Below are positions 48,437 through 57,089 of a DNA stretch of 64,000 nucleotides, piece by piece. The stretch is from the NCBI GenBank assembly GCA_028343615.1, contig JAOLZA010000004.1, positions 8,697-72,696 of the forward strand. Reading direction: 5' to 3'. The stretch comes from Verrucomicrobiota bacterium (GTDB lineage: Bacteria > Verrucomicrobiota > Verrucomicrobiia > Limisphaerales > UBA1100). A program made the position numbers and the translations under genes. The notes under the pieces are model-generated. The model was not told the DNA's origin, made no database searches, and saw only the letters and a list, made by a program, of their open reading frames with translations. Numbering within the stretch: position 1 is the stretch's first letter; every line of letters starts with the position of its first letter.

Positions 48437-49750
48437 ATGCTTGGTTTATCCATTCTACGCATCATTCAAGTTGGCTTCAAAGGACTTCGGCTGCACAAAC
48501 TGCGTAGCGGTCTGACGATGCTTGGAATGATCATTGGTGTGTGGGCGGTTATCACTCTGGTCGCCATAGGGGAAGGGGCCAGCCATGATGCGCAGGAGGC
48601 GATCAAGGCACTGGGCGCGCAAAATGTTATCATTCGAAGTATTAGGCCCCCCTCAATGAATGCCCAAATGCAGGGGGATTGGGAGAGTTTCTTTCGTCGG
48701 TGGATGGCGATCTATGGGCTCAAGAACACGGATGCAACTCGCATAAAAGAAACTGTGCCGGGAGTGAAACGCGTATTACCCATTTTGAATAAGCGCCTGA
48801 ATGTCGTGCATGGTCGCCGCGAAGTGGATTGTCAACTCATCGGCACCTATCCCTATTACCCGGAATTCACACAATCCAAAATTATCGCTGGGCAATTCTT
48901 GAATGAGGCCGAGGAAAACAGCAAGGCTTCCTCCTGTGTGGTTTCTCTGGAACTGGCGCAGAGACTATTCTCCGGACACAATCCACTCATGGAAAAGGTG
49001 ATTGTGCGAGGCTATGAATCTTCGCAGGTTTTTCAGGTTAAGGGTATTTTGGAGGAGCGCACTGATACTGAGAAATTGCCGCAATTGCCCGATGCTATGG
49101 GCCAGACAATTGCCGCCAACGTGTATATTCCTTTATCTACTTTTAAGTCGTTGTTCGGCGTTAAGAATGTTGACCGCAGTGTGGGCAATCTTAAATTGGA
49201 GAGTGTGGAACTGTCGGAGATTCGCGTGGAGTTCGACTCTGTTGAGCAGGTGATTCCGTCATTGCCGATGCTCATTGAAGCTTTGCAGACTGGGCGTGCT
49301 GAGAGGGATTTCGAGATTGTCGTTCCTATTAAGGAGCTCAACACTCTCAAAGCGCAAAAGGCGCGAGACACCCGCATGCTTCTTTACATCGCTTGCATCT
49401 CGCTATTGGTGGGCGGTATAGGCATAATGAACATCATGCTGGCCACCGTCACCGAGCGCACACAGGAGATTGGTATCCGTCGGGCACTGGGAGCCAAGCG
49501 GACGGACATAACCGTACAGTTTTTGGTGGAAGCCCTGATACTTTGTCTAATTGGCGGTTCCATCGGTGTTTTAGGTGGCTTAGCCTTTGCCGCATTCCGG
49601 CATAACATTCTACACACAACGACCATCATTACTGAATGGTCGGTACTTATCGCTTTCGGCTTATCGGTGGCGGTGGGGCTGACCTTCGGCCTTTGGCCAG
49701 CAATCAAGGCGGCCTCACTCGATCCCATTGAAGCTCTGCGGCACACGTAG
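48437..49750 (+). CDS. MacB/FtsX-type ABC permease (permease 3), a tandem paralogue of permease 2
   Basis: Long runs identical to permease 2, for example [47 protein letters not shown]-terminus is DPIEALRHT. Confidence 0.85.
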   Translation: MLGLSILRIIQVGFKGLRLHKLRSGLTMLGMIIGVWAVITLVAIGEGASHDAQEAIKALGAQNVIIRSIRPPSMNAQMQGDWESFFRRWMAIYGLKNTDATRIKETVPGVKRVLPILNKRLNVVHGRREVDCQLIGTYPYYPEFTQSKIIAGQFLNEAEENSKASSCVVSLELAQRLFSGHNPLMEKVIVRGYESSQVFQVKGILEERTDTEKLPQLPDAMGQTIAANVYIPLSTFKSLFGVKNVDRSVGNLKLESVELSEIRVEFDSVEQVIPSLPMLIEALQTGRAERDFEIVVPIKELNTLKAQKARDTRMLLYIACISLLVGGIGIMNIMLATVTERTQEIGIRRALGAKRTDITVQFLVEALILCLIGGSIGVLGGLAFAAFRHNILHTTTIITEWSVLIAFGLSVAVGLTFGLWPAIKAASLDPIEALRHT

Positions 49751-49814
49751 ATCTGCCTTGATACATAAAATACCGATTAAAACCAACGGGCGTGCGTCCA
49801 ACTTGCCCCTAAAT

Positions 49815-51515
49815 ATGATGATGAATTATTCCTTTAAACTTCTTGGCATTCTTTTGTTGGTCGCGGTGTTGCTAGCCGGCTGCGAAGCGGCCAAGTTCCG
49901 TGACGCTGCTGATGACGAAGTGTATGGCATTTTGAAACAAAGAGGTAGCGACGTATTGGGTGCGGAGCAGGATTACGATATCCGTACCGTGTGGAGCGGT
50001 CGCGCGCCGGATGCTATTCCGCCGGTGGATATTATCAACGACCGCTTCCGCGATCAAACCAGTGTACTTACCCTTGAGTCCGCGCTAGGTATGGCCATTA
50101 CTAACAATCGCGCGTATCAGTTGCAAAAAGAGACCCTTTATCTTTCCGCATTGTCGCTCACCGGAACGCGGCATAAATTTGTGTGGCAGCCTACAAAGAG
50201 CACGGCGGACCTCGGCATTGGCCGTGACTCAAGCAAGGGCCTTAAGGGCGATTCCGATCTCGATTTGACCTTCAGTAAACTTTTCAAAACTGGTGGCACG
50301 CTTACTGCCACTTTGGCGAACGACTTGGTACTGTATTTCAATGGCAAACCGAAGGTTCCGGACATCACCCTCAAACTTACCCAACCGTTGTTGCGTGGAG
50401 CGGGGCGCGCCATCGCTGAGGAAGTGCTCACACAGGCGGAGCGCGATGTGGTTTATGCAGTTCGCGATTTCAGCCATTACCAAAAGACGTTTGCGATTGA
50501 AACGGTGTCCGAGTATTTCCGTATCCTTCAGAAAAAGGATTCAGTGAGGAACAGTTATAGCAATTATCAAAACCTGCAGGGCGCGCGCGCGCGCGCGGAG
50601 GCGATGGTGGATGCGCAGCGGTTGCCGAAGTACCAAGTGGATCAGGCGCGTCAAAAAGAACTTTCTTCCCGCGTAAAATATCTTGCTGCTGTGGAGAGCT
50701 ATCGCGCGGCATTGGATACCTTCAAGCAACGGCTCGCTTTGCCGCTGGGCGCGGATCTCAAGCTTGACGAAACCGCTCTCCGCGTACTTGTGCAGACGGG
50801 ACTAACCCCGTTGGAGTTAAACGCCCGCAATGGCTACCTCATTGCGGTGACAAACCGATTGGACCTTCTCAACCGAATCGACCAGTATGAGGATTCGCAG
50901 CGTAAAGTGCGGGTGTCGGCGGATAATCTACAACCGAGCCTAAACCTAGTAGTGGATGCTTCGTTGACAGAACAGTTCTACAGCTCCTTTTCGCCGGAAA
51001 ATTTTTCCGCAAACGTGGGCCTGCAGCTGGGTTTGCCGCTGGATAAATTGACGGAACGTAACGCCTATCGCACCAGCCTCATCAGCTTTGAAAAGCAACT
51101 CCGCGCCCTCGCCTCGGAACTTGACGAATTACGGGAAGACATACGCCAAGGTATCCGGCAACTTGCTCAAGAACATGAAAACTATTTTATCCAACAAAAC
51201 GCCCTCGCCCTCGCTCAACAGCGGGTAAATGTTATGCCGCTGTTGCTTGATGCGAATCAGGCAGACATCCGCGACCAACTCGAAGCTCAAGCCGACCTTG
51301 TAAGTGCACAGAATGCTGTGACCGGAGCAATGGTTAACTATCATGTGGCACGTTGGAATTTATTGAAGGACCTAGGCGTTATGCGCGTCGAAACTGGTCA
51401 GTTTTGGCTGGGAAATCAGCCTTTACTTGGAGTAGCCGCACCGGTTATCCCAAGTGCCTCGGGGCAGTTGCCTAACGTAGTTACGCCTGGGCAGGTGTTC
51501 GGAGAACAGAAATAG
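49815..51515 (+). CDS. TolC-family outer-membrane efflux lipoprotein (copy 2)
   Basis: The start is set at MMMNYSFKLLGILLLVAVLLAGC (lipobox). It is collinear with TolC copy 1 (for example TLTATLANDL, LTQPLL, GLQLGLPLDKLTERNAYR). Confidence 0.8.
   Translation: MMMNYSFKLLGILLLVAVLLAGCEAAKFRDAADDEVYGILKQRGSDVLGAEQDYDIRTVWSGRAPDAIPPVDIINDRFRDQTSVLTLESALGMAITNNRAYQLQKETLYLSALSLTGTRHKFVWQPTKSTADLGIGRDSSKGLKGDSDLDLTFSKLFKTGGTLTATLANDLVLYFNGKPKVPDITLKLTQPLLRGAGRAIAEEVLTQAERDVVYAVRDFSHYQKTFAIETVSEYFRILQKKDSVRNSYSNYQNLQGARARAEAMVDAQRLPKYQVDQARQKELSSRVKYLAAVESYRAALDTFKQRLALPLGADLKLDETALRVLVQTGLTPLELNARNGYLIAVTNRLDLLNRIDQYEDSQRKVRVSADNLQPSLNLVVDASLTEQFYSSFSPENFSANVGLQLGLPLDKLTERNAYRTSLISFEKQLRALASELDELREDIRQGIRQLAQEHENYFIQQNALALAQQRVNVMPLLLDANQADIRDQLEAQADLVSAQNAVTGAMVNYHVARWNLLKDLGVMRVETGQFWLGNQPLLGVAAPVIPSASGQLPNVVTPGQVFGEQK
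50581..50597. repeat. (GC)8 dinucleotide microsatellite inside the TolC-2 coding sequence
   Basis: gcgcgcgcgcgcgcgcg is read directly from the sequence and encodes GARARAEA in frame. Confidence 0.9.
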
Positions 51516-51519
51516 AAAA

Positions 51520-53229
51520 ATGGCCAAAGCCAAGGCATTCATTCAGAAGCATCCGGCGTGGACCACGGTGATCATCGTGATGCTCGCCAGCGTGTTCATG
51601 GGCGCTAAATGGCTGGAACCCACAAGCGGGTCCGCAGTCGTCATGCAGTTCGCAACTGCCCAACGGGGGGGCTTGCGCGTTACGGTAACCGAAGGGGGGT
51701 CACTCGATTCCACACGCAAGGTCAGCCTACGCTGTGAACTTGATGGTGGCGGGACCATCGTGGAGTTGGTGAATGAGGGAGCCTATGCGAAAGGTCCGCG
51801 TGAACACCAGGCTGAGGTAAGCGACACATTGCAAACTCTCACCGAAACCTATCGGTCTCTTGCTCAGCCTCCAAGCGGAAAAGAACCACCGACTCCGCTC
51901 CAAATAAAGGCACTGGAGGAATCCATTCGACGGATCAACCCCGAAGTGGATTGGGATAACTTGAACCTCGGCCAAACAATTCTTTTGCCGGGCGATCTAT
52001 TGGTGAAGTTTGAGGACGGTTTATTACGTGAGCGGATTTTTAGCCAAACCAAATCCGTGGAGGATGCCGAGCGGGACTTGGGAAATTCCGAAAAAGATTT
52101 GGCGCTGCGCAAGATTGAAACTGCTGAGGTGAATCGGCAGGCAGAACTTGATGTGGAATTCGCCGAACAGGATTTAGCAAAATACATTGAAGGTACCGCC
52201 CCGCTGGCCAAGTTGGCGTTAAAGGGCGATATTGATATTGCGGAGGAGGAAATCAAGCGCGCTGAAGACCGGCTGGTGAGCACGAAAAAACTCCGCACCA
52301 AAGGCTACGCCACCGACCTTGAGGTGCAAGCTGATGAGCTAACCATTCAAAAACAGAACAACCTCATCACCAAATATCGCAAACAAATGGACTTGCTAGA
52401 GCGGTTTGACATTCCACAAATGACTAAGCGATACCAGTCCAAGTTAGCCCAAGTGCGCGTGAGTGAGAAGCGCATGATCGAGAAGTCCCGGACCATCGTC
52501 GAAAGTCAAACCGAGACGGTCGACCGGCGCAAAGCCGGGCTTCAGGCCCAGCGCGATAAGTTGGAATTGTATCAGGTTCAACTCATTAAGACTGAAATGC
52601 GCGCTCCGCAGGATGGCCTCGTGATTTTCGCCCGCAGTTCCTCGCGCTACAGCGAATCCTATATCAAGCTTGGTGCGGATATTCGCAAGGGCTACAATGT
52701 TATCGATTTGCCGGACGTTAGCGAGCTGATGGCGGTGGTCCAGGTGCATGAATCGTATGTGCGTCACTTGCACAATGACCTCAAGGCGATTGTGAAGATT
52801 GATTCATTGCCGGAACAAGAATTTGACGGTGTCGTCCGATTGGTGGCCCCCACTCCCGATCAGCGCCGTCGGTACTATGAGAATATTTCAGTATACGACA
52901 CGCATGTTTGGATTGAGGATGAGCAAAATCAATTGCCCCCGGATCTCAAGCCGGGGGTTTCTGCGCGCGCAGAAATTGTCATTGCTGAGCTGACAGATGT
53001 ACTCAAGATCCCCGTACAATGTGTTACCACTCTTCGCGGACAAAAGGTGGTTCAGATCAAACGCGGTGATTCAGTGGAGACGGTGTCCGTAGAAACCGGG
53101 CAATTCAACGAACGTTTCATAGAAATTCGAGAAGGGCTCACGGCGGGGGATCAAGTTTCGCTGTCACCGAAAATCGAAGAGCCTTCCAACTTGACCAAAG
53201 GCAAAACGCAAGCCGCGGTCGGGCGCTGA
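51520..53229 (+). CDS. HlyD/MacA-type adaptor with a TM anchor and a longer, degenerate LysM-like insertion; no LTxxQ tail (adaptor 3)
   Basis: Anchor WTTVIIVMLASVFMG. IVELVNEGAYAKGP ... LPGDLLVKF flank the insertion AEVSDTLQTLTETYRSL...INPEVDWDNLNLGQTILLP. Beta-barrel motif MRAPQDGLVIF. Confidence 0.8.
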   Translation: MAKAKAFIQKHPAWTTVIIVMLASVFMGAKWLEPTSGSAVVMQFATAQRGGLRVTVTEGGSLDSTRKVSLRCELDGGGTIVELVNEGAYAKGPREHQAEVSDTLQTLTETYRSLAQPPSGKEPPTPLQIKALEESIRRINPEVDWDNLNLGQTILLPGDLLVKFEDGLLRERIFSQTKSVEDAERDLGNSEKDLALRKIETAEVNRQAELDVEFAEQDLAKYIEGTAPLAKLALKGDIDIAEEEIKRAEDRLVSTKKLRTKGYATDLEVQADELTIQKQNNLITKYRKQMDLLERFDIPQMTKRYQSKLAQVRVSEKRMIEKSRTIVESQTETVDRRKAGLQAQRDKLELYQVQLIKTEMRAPQDGLVIFARSSSRYSESYIKLGADIRKGYNVIDLPDVSELMAVVQVHESYVRHLHNDLKAIVKIDSLPEQEFDGVVRLVAPTPDQRRRYYENISVYDTHVWIEDEQNQLPPDLKPGVSARAEIVIAELTDVLKIPVQCVTTLRGQKVVQIKRGDSVETVSVETGQFNERFIEIREGLTAGDQVSLSPKIEEPSNLTKGKTQAAVGR

Positions 53230-53243
53230 TCCGACCGCATCCG

Positions 53244-54533
53244 TTGCGCATGAACCTTTCCCTCGTTCGAGTCATTCACCTGGGCATCAAGAGTCTGATG
53301 CTACACAAAATGCGTTCACTGCTTACGATGCTGGGTATTATCTTCGGCGTGTGTTCGGTGATTGCGATGCTTGCTATTGGTGAAGGTGCCAGCCATGAGG
53401 CGCAGGAAGCCATCCGTGCGCTCGGCAGTCGCAATGTTATCATACGTAGTGTACCGCCGCCCAAGGGGCAGTCTACCGCCGACACCGTGCAAACCTATAC
53501 TGCAAATTATGGCCTCAAACTTTCGGATGTGCAGTTGCTGGAAGAAACTCTGCACCCGCGTATCACAGCCACACTTGCCAAACGGCGCTATCGCATGAGT
53601 GTGCGAGTCGGGCGTGTGGAAGTATCTGGCACCGTGTGGGGAACACAACCCAATCACCTGCGGATGAGCCAAATGGAATTGCTTGCGGGGCGGTTCCTGT
53701 ATGTCACCGATGCGCATGCCAACGTGTGCGTGATCACTGATTCCATGGCCACCCGGCTTTTTCCTGTTTCCGATCCGCTTCACGGCGAAGTAAAGCTGAA
53801 TAACCGGCAGGTATTTCGCGTGGTGGGTGTGGTGCGTGAAACCGCCGCGGCCAGCGCACGCGCACCGGGGCAGGACAATATCGGCCGCGCGTTGGATGCC
53901 AATGTGTACATCCCTCTTGCCGCTGCGCATTCGCGCCTAGGCGTGCTGTTCACCGAACGTTCCACCGGTGGCTCCCAGCGCGAGCGGGTGGAACTGCATG
54001 AACTGGTTGTTGAATTGGCCGATGTGAATCACGTGGAGGCCACCGTGCCAGCTATCCGCGCCGCATTAAAAACAGCGCACAAAAAAATTGATTATGAAAT
54101 CATCGTCCCATTAGAGTTGCTGCGACAAGCGGAAGAAACTAAGCGCATATTCAACATCGTCCTCGGCTCCATCGCCGGCATTAGCCTCATCGTCGGTGGC
54201 ATTGGCATTATGAATATCATGCTCGCCACCGTCACCGAGCGTACGCGTGAGATCGGCATTCGTCGCGCGCTCGGTGCACAAAAGAGCCAGATCATCACGC
54301 AGTTCTTGGTGGAGACCGTCGTGCTCTCAATCGCCGGCGGTTTGGTGGGTGTAGTGCTTGGCGTAGCGTTGCCTATAGCAGTAGAACATTTTGCCGAAAT
54401 GAAAACCATCGTCACCCTTCCCGCCGTGCTGCTTGCCTTTGGTATCTCTGCCGTAGTGGGCGTGGTTTTCGGCGTGTACCCCGCCCGACGTGCCGCCAGC
54501 CTCGATCCCATTGAGGCCCTGAGGCACACCTAA
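53244..54533 (+). CDS. MacB/FtsX-type ABC permease (permease 4)
   Basis: [66 protein letters not shown]. The start is either TTG 53244 or ATG 53250. Confidence 0.85.
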   Translation: MRMNLSLVRVIHLGIKSLMLHKMRSLLTMLGIIFGVCSVIAMLAIGEGASHEAQEAIRALGSRNVIIRSVPPPKGQSTADTVQTYTANYGLKLSDVQLLEETLHPRITATLAKRRYRMSVRVGRVEVSGTVWGTQPNHLRMSQMELLAGRFLYVTDAHANVCVITDSMATRLFPVSDPLHGEVKLNNRQVFRVVGVVRETAAASARAPGQDNIGRALDANVYIPLAAAHSRLGVLFTERSTGGSQRERVELHELVVELADVNHVEATVPAIRAALKTAHKKIDYEIIVPLELLRQAEETKRIFNIVLGSIAGISLIVGGIGIMNIMLATVTERTREIGIRRALGAQKSQIITQFLVETVVLSIAGGLVGVVLGVALPIAVEHFAEMKTIVTLPAVLLAFGISAVVGVVFGVYPARRAASLDPIEALRHT

Positions 54534-54713
54534 AGCTTCAAAATTCGATGTTGGCACATTAGTTGCTTAAATTGCGTCATAAGGAAACAGACGTGAAAAC
54601 GACTGGTTTTCCGGAAAAAGTTTGAAGCTGGCGTGTGAATTTTCACGCAATTGAGTGAGTTTTGCGCACCGTCGGTTAATTCGGTAAAAAAATATCAAAA
54701 TAGGATCATTAAA

Positions 54714-55604
54714 ATGAAGAAATTAACTCAAAAGAACGGATTCACTCTCATTGAGCTACTAGTCGTGATCGCCATCATCGGTATTCTTGCCAGTATGCTA
54801 TTGCCCGTGCTGGCTAAGGCCAAGCAGAAGGCGAATGACGTGAAGGCAATGTCCAACCTGAAACAGGTGGCTCTGGCAATGCAGCAGTATGTGGGGGATA
54901 ACGACGAGACTTATCCCAAAGTATACGGTGGCAATGGCGCCGCTGGTCGGCCGATGTGGTTGAATTATAAATACCCCAAGGATAGCCAAATCCTGCAATA
55001 CCTTGGTAGTCAGGACGTTGGGGAACTGGAGAAGATGTTTGTGCACCCCAAGGATCGCTACTATAAAAGGCGCGGCTATAAGTATAGTTACTCAATGAAT
55101 GCACGACTGAGCGACCGGCCGTCGGTTTTCAACAGCGCGCAAAATATGGCCGTTCTACTAGAAGAAGCCTGTCAGCATGATCCGGCGGATCGCGTGAATG
55201 CTGTTGATGGTAATCAGAATCGCACCGGCGGTAAATATGCTTGGAGAGCTGATGCGATTGTCGCCAAGACGGGCAAATACCTCGCCGGTAAGACCGTCCG
55301 GGAGGTGGCGATCAACGATCCCTTCATGCTCGCCACGTGGAATGGAGGTCTCCAGCTGTGCGATCCCGATACAGTGACCTTTCGTCATATGGATGATTTC
55401 CATCAGTTGCGGGACGATTTAAAGGCTGGCAAGCTTGATAAGGCCCGCATCCTCGAAGTGTGTAATACACCCAGTGCGCATGTAATCTTTGCTGATTTCC
55501 ATGTTGGTCGAGCCTCCCGCACCGAGGCTAAAAACCCAGGTTATATGGAGCCCGAGCAGAACACTGCCGATCTGCCCAACATCGGCTACGAGAAGACTCG
55601 CTAA
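54714..55604 (+). CDS. Prepilin-type N-terminal methylation-domain protein (type II secretion pseudopilin-like, DUF1559-like)
   Basis: MKKLTQKNGFTLIELLVVIAIIGILASMLLP (cleavage/methylation motif) and C-terminal VIFADFHVG, resembling the DGHV motif of PVC pseudopilin-like proteins. The start is set at ATG 54714. Confidence 0.8.
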   Translation: MKKLTQKNGFTLIELLVVIAIIGILASMLLPVLAKAKQKANDVKAMSNLKQVALAMQQYVGDNDETYPKVYGGNGAAGRPMWLNYKYPKDSQILQYLGSQDVGELEKMFVHPKDRYYKRRGYKYSYSMNARLSDRPSVFNSAQNMAVLLEEACQHDPADRVNAVDGNQNRTGGKYAWRADAIVAKTGKYLAGKTVREVAINDPFMLATWNGGLQLCDPDTVTFRHMDDFHQLRDDLKAGKLDKARILEVCNTPSAHVIFADFHVGRASRTEAKNPGYMEPEQNTADLPNIGYEKTR

Positions 55605-55623
55605 TTTTCAGCATCCTGTCCAC

Positions 55624-55659
55624 GGCGGTCTCGCAAATGCGGGACCGCCTTTTTTATTT
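55624..55659 (+). terminator. Rho-independent terminator of the pseudopilin-like gene
   Basis: ggcggtctcgc / aaat / gcgggaccgcc forms an 11-bp stem (one G-U pair) with a 4-nt loop, followed by ttttttattt. Confidence 0.8.
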
Positions 55660-55665
55660 GACCAC

Positions 55666-55691
55666 AAAAAAAACGCCCGCGGTGCGGGCGT
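55666..55691 (-). terminator. Rho-independent terminator of the minus-strand lipoprotein gene (back to back with the previous one)
   Basis: On the plus strand, an A8 run then cgcccgc-ggt-gcgggcg. On the minus strand this reads as a GC-rich hairpin followed by T8, about 28 nt after the stop at 55719. Confidence 0.7.
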
Positions 55692-55718
55692 CTCATAGGC
55701 TTCCCAGCCACCGGCTGA

Positions 55719-56099
55719 CTATTTTTTAGGGAATCCGGCTTTGATTTTTTTGATTTGGGCTTCGGCGTTGGCTTTGTCGGCATCGGCCACGGATCGGTTT
55801 AACTCGGCCAGAGCCTGCATAAGGCCCGGGTCAGTTTTCAAGTCTTCATCCTCTGCTGCCAGCGTCAGCCAAATCAAGGCCAACAGGTCGTCCTTTTTTA
55901 CATCTTCGGCTCCATTATAATAGGTCATACCCAATCCAAACATTTGGATGGGGTCACCCTTGCGGGCATCTTGCTCGGTTTGCTGGAGGTTTTCGCCCAT
56001 GCTCGGCGAGTCTTCAACGTCTGAGCTGTCGCCACCGCAACCGGTCAAAAGTGCGGCGCACAGGCACACGGCTCCAATCAATTGTAAGGGGTGTTTCAT
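55719..56099 (-). CDS. Small lipoprotein with Sel1/TPR-like repeat
   Basis: The start is set at MKHPLQLIGAVCLCAALLTGC (lipobox). GLGMTYYNGAEDVKKDDLLALIWLTLAA resembles a Sel1 repeat. Confidence 0.65.
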   Translation of the reverse strand: MKHPLQLIGAVCLCAALLTGCGGDSSDVEDSPSMGENLQQTEQDARKGDPIQMFGLGMTYYNGAEDVKKDDLLALIWLTLAAEDEDLKTDPGLMQALAELNRSVADADKANAEAQIKKIKAGFPKK

Positions 56100-56224
56100 G
56101 CTCCGACCATTGTACTTGAACGCGTGTGGCTGACAAGAAAAAGTGCACGGGATTGGGACAGCATTCGATCGTGCATTGGCATTGACCCCCCCTGCTCCAT
56201 TGCCTAGCATCGGCGCTCCACGTT

Positions 56225-57070
56225 ATGAGATTTGGCATTAACTCCTTTTTATTCACTTCGCCGTTTACGACGAAATCCACCAGCCTATTTCCCAAGTTTG
56301 TGAAATGGGGCTTCGATACTATCGAAATCCCCATCGAAGCACCTGAGCACATCGACTCGGTGAAGGTTCGCAAAGCCCTCGACAAACACGGGCTCGCGTG
56401 CGGATCGGTGTGCGCGTGCATGGGCCCCGGGCGCGACTTTCGTGGCAGCGCCAAGGATCAGCGCGAGGCGATGAAATATTGCAAGGCGCTCATAGATCAT
56501 ATGGTAAACCTAGGCTGCCCGTCGCTCATTGGCCCCGTGTACAGCGTGGTCGGCAAGGCTGATGCCGTGGATCCGAAGGAGCAGAAACGCGAGTTTGCGT
56601 TGGTGGTTAAAAATCTTAAAGTGCTTTGCGCGTACGCCGAGAAAAAGGGCGTTCAGATTTGTGTAGAGCCGCTCAACCGGTTCGAGACTGACTTTCTCAA
56701 CACCTGCGAAAAAGGACTGCGTCTCATCAAGGCGGTCAACAGTCCAGTGCTCAAGCTGCACCTCGACACCTTCCACATGAACATCGAGGAAAAAAACCAA
56801 GCCGCCGCCATTCGTAAGGCCGGTAAATTGCTCGGCCATTTTCACGCCTGCGGCAGTGACCGTGGCACCCCAGGCAACGACCACATTGACTGGACCCCCA
56901 TCGTCAAGGCACTCAAAGGAATCCGCTACAAGGGCGATGTGGTGATCGAGAGTTTCACTACTGATGTGAAGGTCATCGCCCGTGCGGCAGCTATCTGGCG
57001 GCGCATGGAGCCTACTCGCGAGGAAATCGCCGTGAAGGGCCTCAAATTTCTAAAGAAAGCGTTCAAGTAA
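56225..57070 (+). CDS. Xylose-isomerase-like TIM-barrel protein (ketose 3-epimerase / sugar-phosphate isomerase family)
   Basis: LHLDTFHMNIEE and HFHACGSDRGTPG resemble the metal-binding motifs of D-tagatose/D-psicose 3-epimerase-type enzymes. No signal peptide. Confidence 0.75.
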   Translation: MRFGINSFLFTSPFTTKSTSLFPKFVKWGFDTIEIPIEAPEHIDSVKVRKALDKHGLACGSVCACMGPGRDFRGSAKDQREAMKYCKALIDHMVNLGCPSLIGPVYSVVGKADAVDPKEQKREFALVVKNLKVLCAYAEKKGVQICVEPLNRFETDFLNTCEKGLRLIKAVNSPVLKLHLDTFHMNIEEKNQAAAIRKAGKLLGHFHACGSDRGTPGNDHIDWTPIVKALKGIRYKGDVVIESFTTDVKVIARAAAIWRRMEPTREEIAVKGLKFLKKAFK

Positions 57071-57089
57071 ACCATCCAATTAAATAACT

